Below are positions 61,881-64,000 of a DNA stretch of 64,000 nucleotides, one piece after another (position 1 is the stretch's first letter; each line of letters begins with the position of its first letter). The translations under genes and the position numbers were made by a program. The notes under the pieces are model-generated. The model had not been told where the DNA came from. It did no database searches and was given only the letters and a program-made list of their open reading frames with translations. The stretch comes from Vicugna vicugna (taxonomy: Eukaryota). The DNA is taken from contig MU057711.1 of assembly GCA_013265495.1 (NCBI GenBank), forward strand, positions 1,674,001 through 1,738,000, read 5' to 3'.

Positions 61881-62759
61881 GAGGGGAAGGGTCAAAGCGA
61901 ACCTTCGCAAAGGCTAAGAAGGAAGGGTTCCCCTGGAGTTCAGACCACGCCCCTGGCTCACAGACACCTCCCCCTGGCCGGGCACCAGGATGCAGCCTGG
62001 CAGGGCCCAGCCTGCCCCATCGGAAGGGCTCCAGGTTGCTAGTTAGAATACCTCGCTCTGCTTTTAATCAATTGTAATCATTTAGCTGGAAGCGGCGTGA
62101 TTAGGCACACACAGGCAAACCGCGTGAACTAATCCTCTAAATGTACCCGCTCCACGCCGGGCTGGCCGCTTTGCCGCTGCGGGCCCAGCTCAGGCAGCGC
62201 TTCCTGCGGCCCCGGGCTTTGTCAATGAGGGAGCCGAGATTCCAGGGCACCAGGCCAGCCCGCCGCTCCCCGCAGCCCGGCCCCATCCTAGACAGTCCAG
62301 CATCAGGAGACCTTTCCCTGCTCAGCCTCCTGTGACAGCACCCAGCAAAGCCGGGGAAGCAGGAAGCTGGCAGCACGCGGAAGCACAGGGGCTTCTGAGG
62401 TCCCTGTCTCCACGACTGGACCCAGCGTCCTCTCCCCAAGCCTGGCCTGAGCTGAACTCACCCCCTTGCTCGTCGCAGGAAGGTTTGCAGGCTCCTGGCC
62501 GTGAGCTCCAGTCTGGCAAACAGGGCCCGGGCCCCAGGGTGCTTCCGCCTGGGCCCACCTGCCAGCAGGTTCTTTTGCATCCCCTGTTCCTGCTATTTGT
62601 GCTACCTGCTTGGCCCAACTACTAAAATAGTTTCTGGGTCCCCTGACACGGGGCTTTTTATAGTTCAGCACCGCAGGCCTCATTTAAATCTATTAGCTCA
62701 TATAAATGGCAATTCATTTAAACTTTGGAGGGTTTCTGTTTGCCTTGGTGGCAAAGACA

Positions 62760-62910
62760 ATTTGGCTTTGCGGGTGGCTCTGACATCTGCTAGGGACCCT
62801 GGGCAAATCACTTAACCTCTCTGAGTCTCAGTTTCCACATCTCTAAATGGGGATAAGAGTGTCTACTCCCCAGGACTGTGTTGAGACAATCCACGCAAAA
62901 TGCTGAGAAA
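62760..62910 (+). mobile_element. MIR fragment
   Basis: CCTGGGCAAATCACTTAACCTCTCTGAGTCTCAGTTTCCACATCTCTAAATGGGGATAA. Confidence 0.88.
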
Positions 62911-63654
62911 AGGCTCACACGGGATCCACCCAGGGTGGCGGCTGTTACGACTTCCTGTCTAGTTTCGGGGGGGGGGTCCACCTTGAGTGTCTGGGAATCG
63001 GCACCCCGATCCCCCTACTGCCCCTGCATTCCCTCAGTGACAATGAAGAATGGGGCTGCGGCCGGGCTCTCAGGAAGGGGAGAAGGAAGAGCCGTCCCTG
63101 CCGTTGTCTGTGGGTACAGAGGTGTCCACGGGGATTCAGAGACAGCTGGGCTGGGCGGCAGAGCCTGCCCCTGCCCTCGGGTCAGCTAACCCCTGGCAAG
63201 GGGCCCACAGGGCCGCAGGCCTTCATCTGCTGAGGCCCGAGGCTGGAAATGCGAGGCCAACAGCCCTGCCGGTTGAGACCGGGGTTTACAGCGTTGTCTC
63301 CCATCCCCAACTAAATCTGCATACCTCCCTCCACTGAACCTGGGGCGCAGCTGGGGAAACAATGTCCAGGGAAAAGGCCCGGGCTAAAGGCACTTGGGAA
63401 CATGTAGAAAGGGGGACTAGAAGCCCTGCCTCCGGCCCCCACTGCATGCCCTTCCCCCCTTGCCTCAGTGCTCTGCACCCAGCTCCTCCCATGTCCCCGT
63501 GTGGACCTCTGGGGCCCGTGGCCTTGACATCCAGCTGGGTGCTATAGAAGGAGAGATTTAGAGTCTCCCTTTATTCCAACTTAGGCCAGAAATCATAAAA
63601 TCACAGCAAACCCCAAGTGGAGGGGACCCTAAAAAGTCATCTGACCCTCAAATG

Positions 63655-63900
63655 GCTAATACTAATAATATACTACCACTACTAATAACAACAATAATGC
63701 TAATAATAAGGTAATAGTAAATGATAATAACAGGTAGTTGTTAGTAATCACCAAGCTCCTCCTACGTGCCAGCCACTGTGCCAAGGGGTTTACAACACAA
63801 GTATGAGGGAGGAACTATTAATGCCCCCATTTTACAGATAAAGAGACCTGCAGATGATAAATGATGGAGCAAGGCTTCAGATGCAAAGCCACTCTTACAA
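63655..63900 (-). mobile_element. (AAT)n-like low-complexity tract followed by a MIR fragment
   Basis: AAT/AAC/ACT repeats at 63655-63735, then CCTACGTGCCAGCCACTGTGCCAAG...CCCCATTTTACAGATAAAGAGACC. Confidence 0.78.
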
Positions 63901-64000
63901 AGACGGTGCTTCCTGCCTCCCCCTCTGCAGCATTTCAGACAAGCACTCTGTTTGCACACCTCAACTGACAGGGACCTCACCACCTTCCATTTCTTCCATT

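Larger units (their letters stand above)
42484..64000 (-). other. ZNF423: Last intron of ZNF423 (>21.5 kb, runs off the window)
   Basis: I found no sequence encoding the preceding ...KIYDCSQCPQKFFFQTELQ exon in the window. The content is MIR/L2/L1 relics and non-coding islands. Confidence 0.82.

Noticed and set aside
62664..62685. REST/RE1 site
   Set aside because: Only the left half TTCAGCACC matches; the GGACAG half is missing.

Overview
Mammalian genomic DNA, most likely a camelid (three tRNA-derived SINEs resemble the camelid Vic-1 family; I saw no Alu, B1/B2, Bov-A/tA, PRE-1 or Can-SINE). The only protein-coding sequence I can support is the 30-bp terminal coding exon of ZNF423 (OAZ/Zfp423) on the minus strand at 42454-42483 (NHTMSQHAQ*). 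The ORF track misses it. It has a canonical acceptor, a ~660-nt repeat-free AU-rich 3'UTR and an AATAAA at 41810-41815. Positions 42484-64000 are the last intron of ZNF423 and the previous exon lies outside the window. Positions 1-~38700 are downstream intergenic DNA. They start with a 10.3-kb AT-rich block in which a near full-length L1MB-type LINE-1, with target-site duplications, sits inside an older L1. GC-rich DNA follows, dense in MIR, L2, MLT1 and DNA-transposon relics, with several repeat-free islands that look like enhancers and one CCAAT/GC-box CpG element at ~35.2 kb. The other ORFs in the track are L1 relics or chance ORFs. I found no convincing new multi-gene system; the leads are regulatory and isoform-level. 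Repeat family names and boundaries come from recall of consensus sequences and are approximate.
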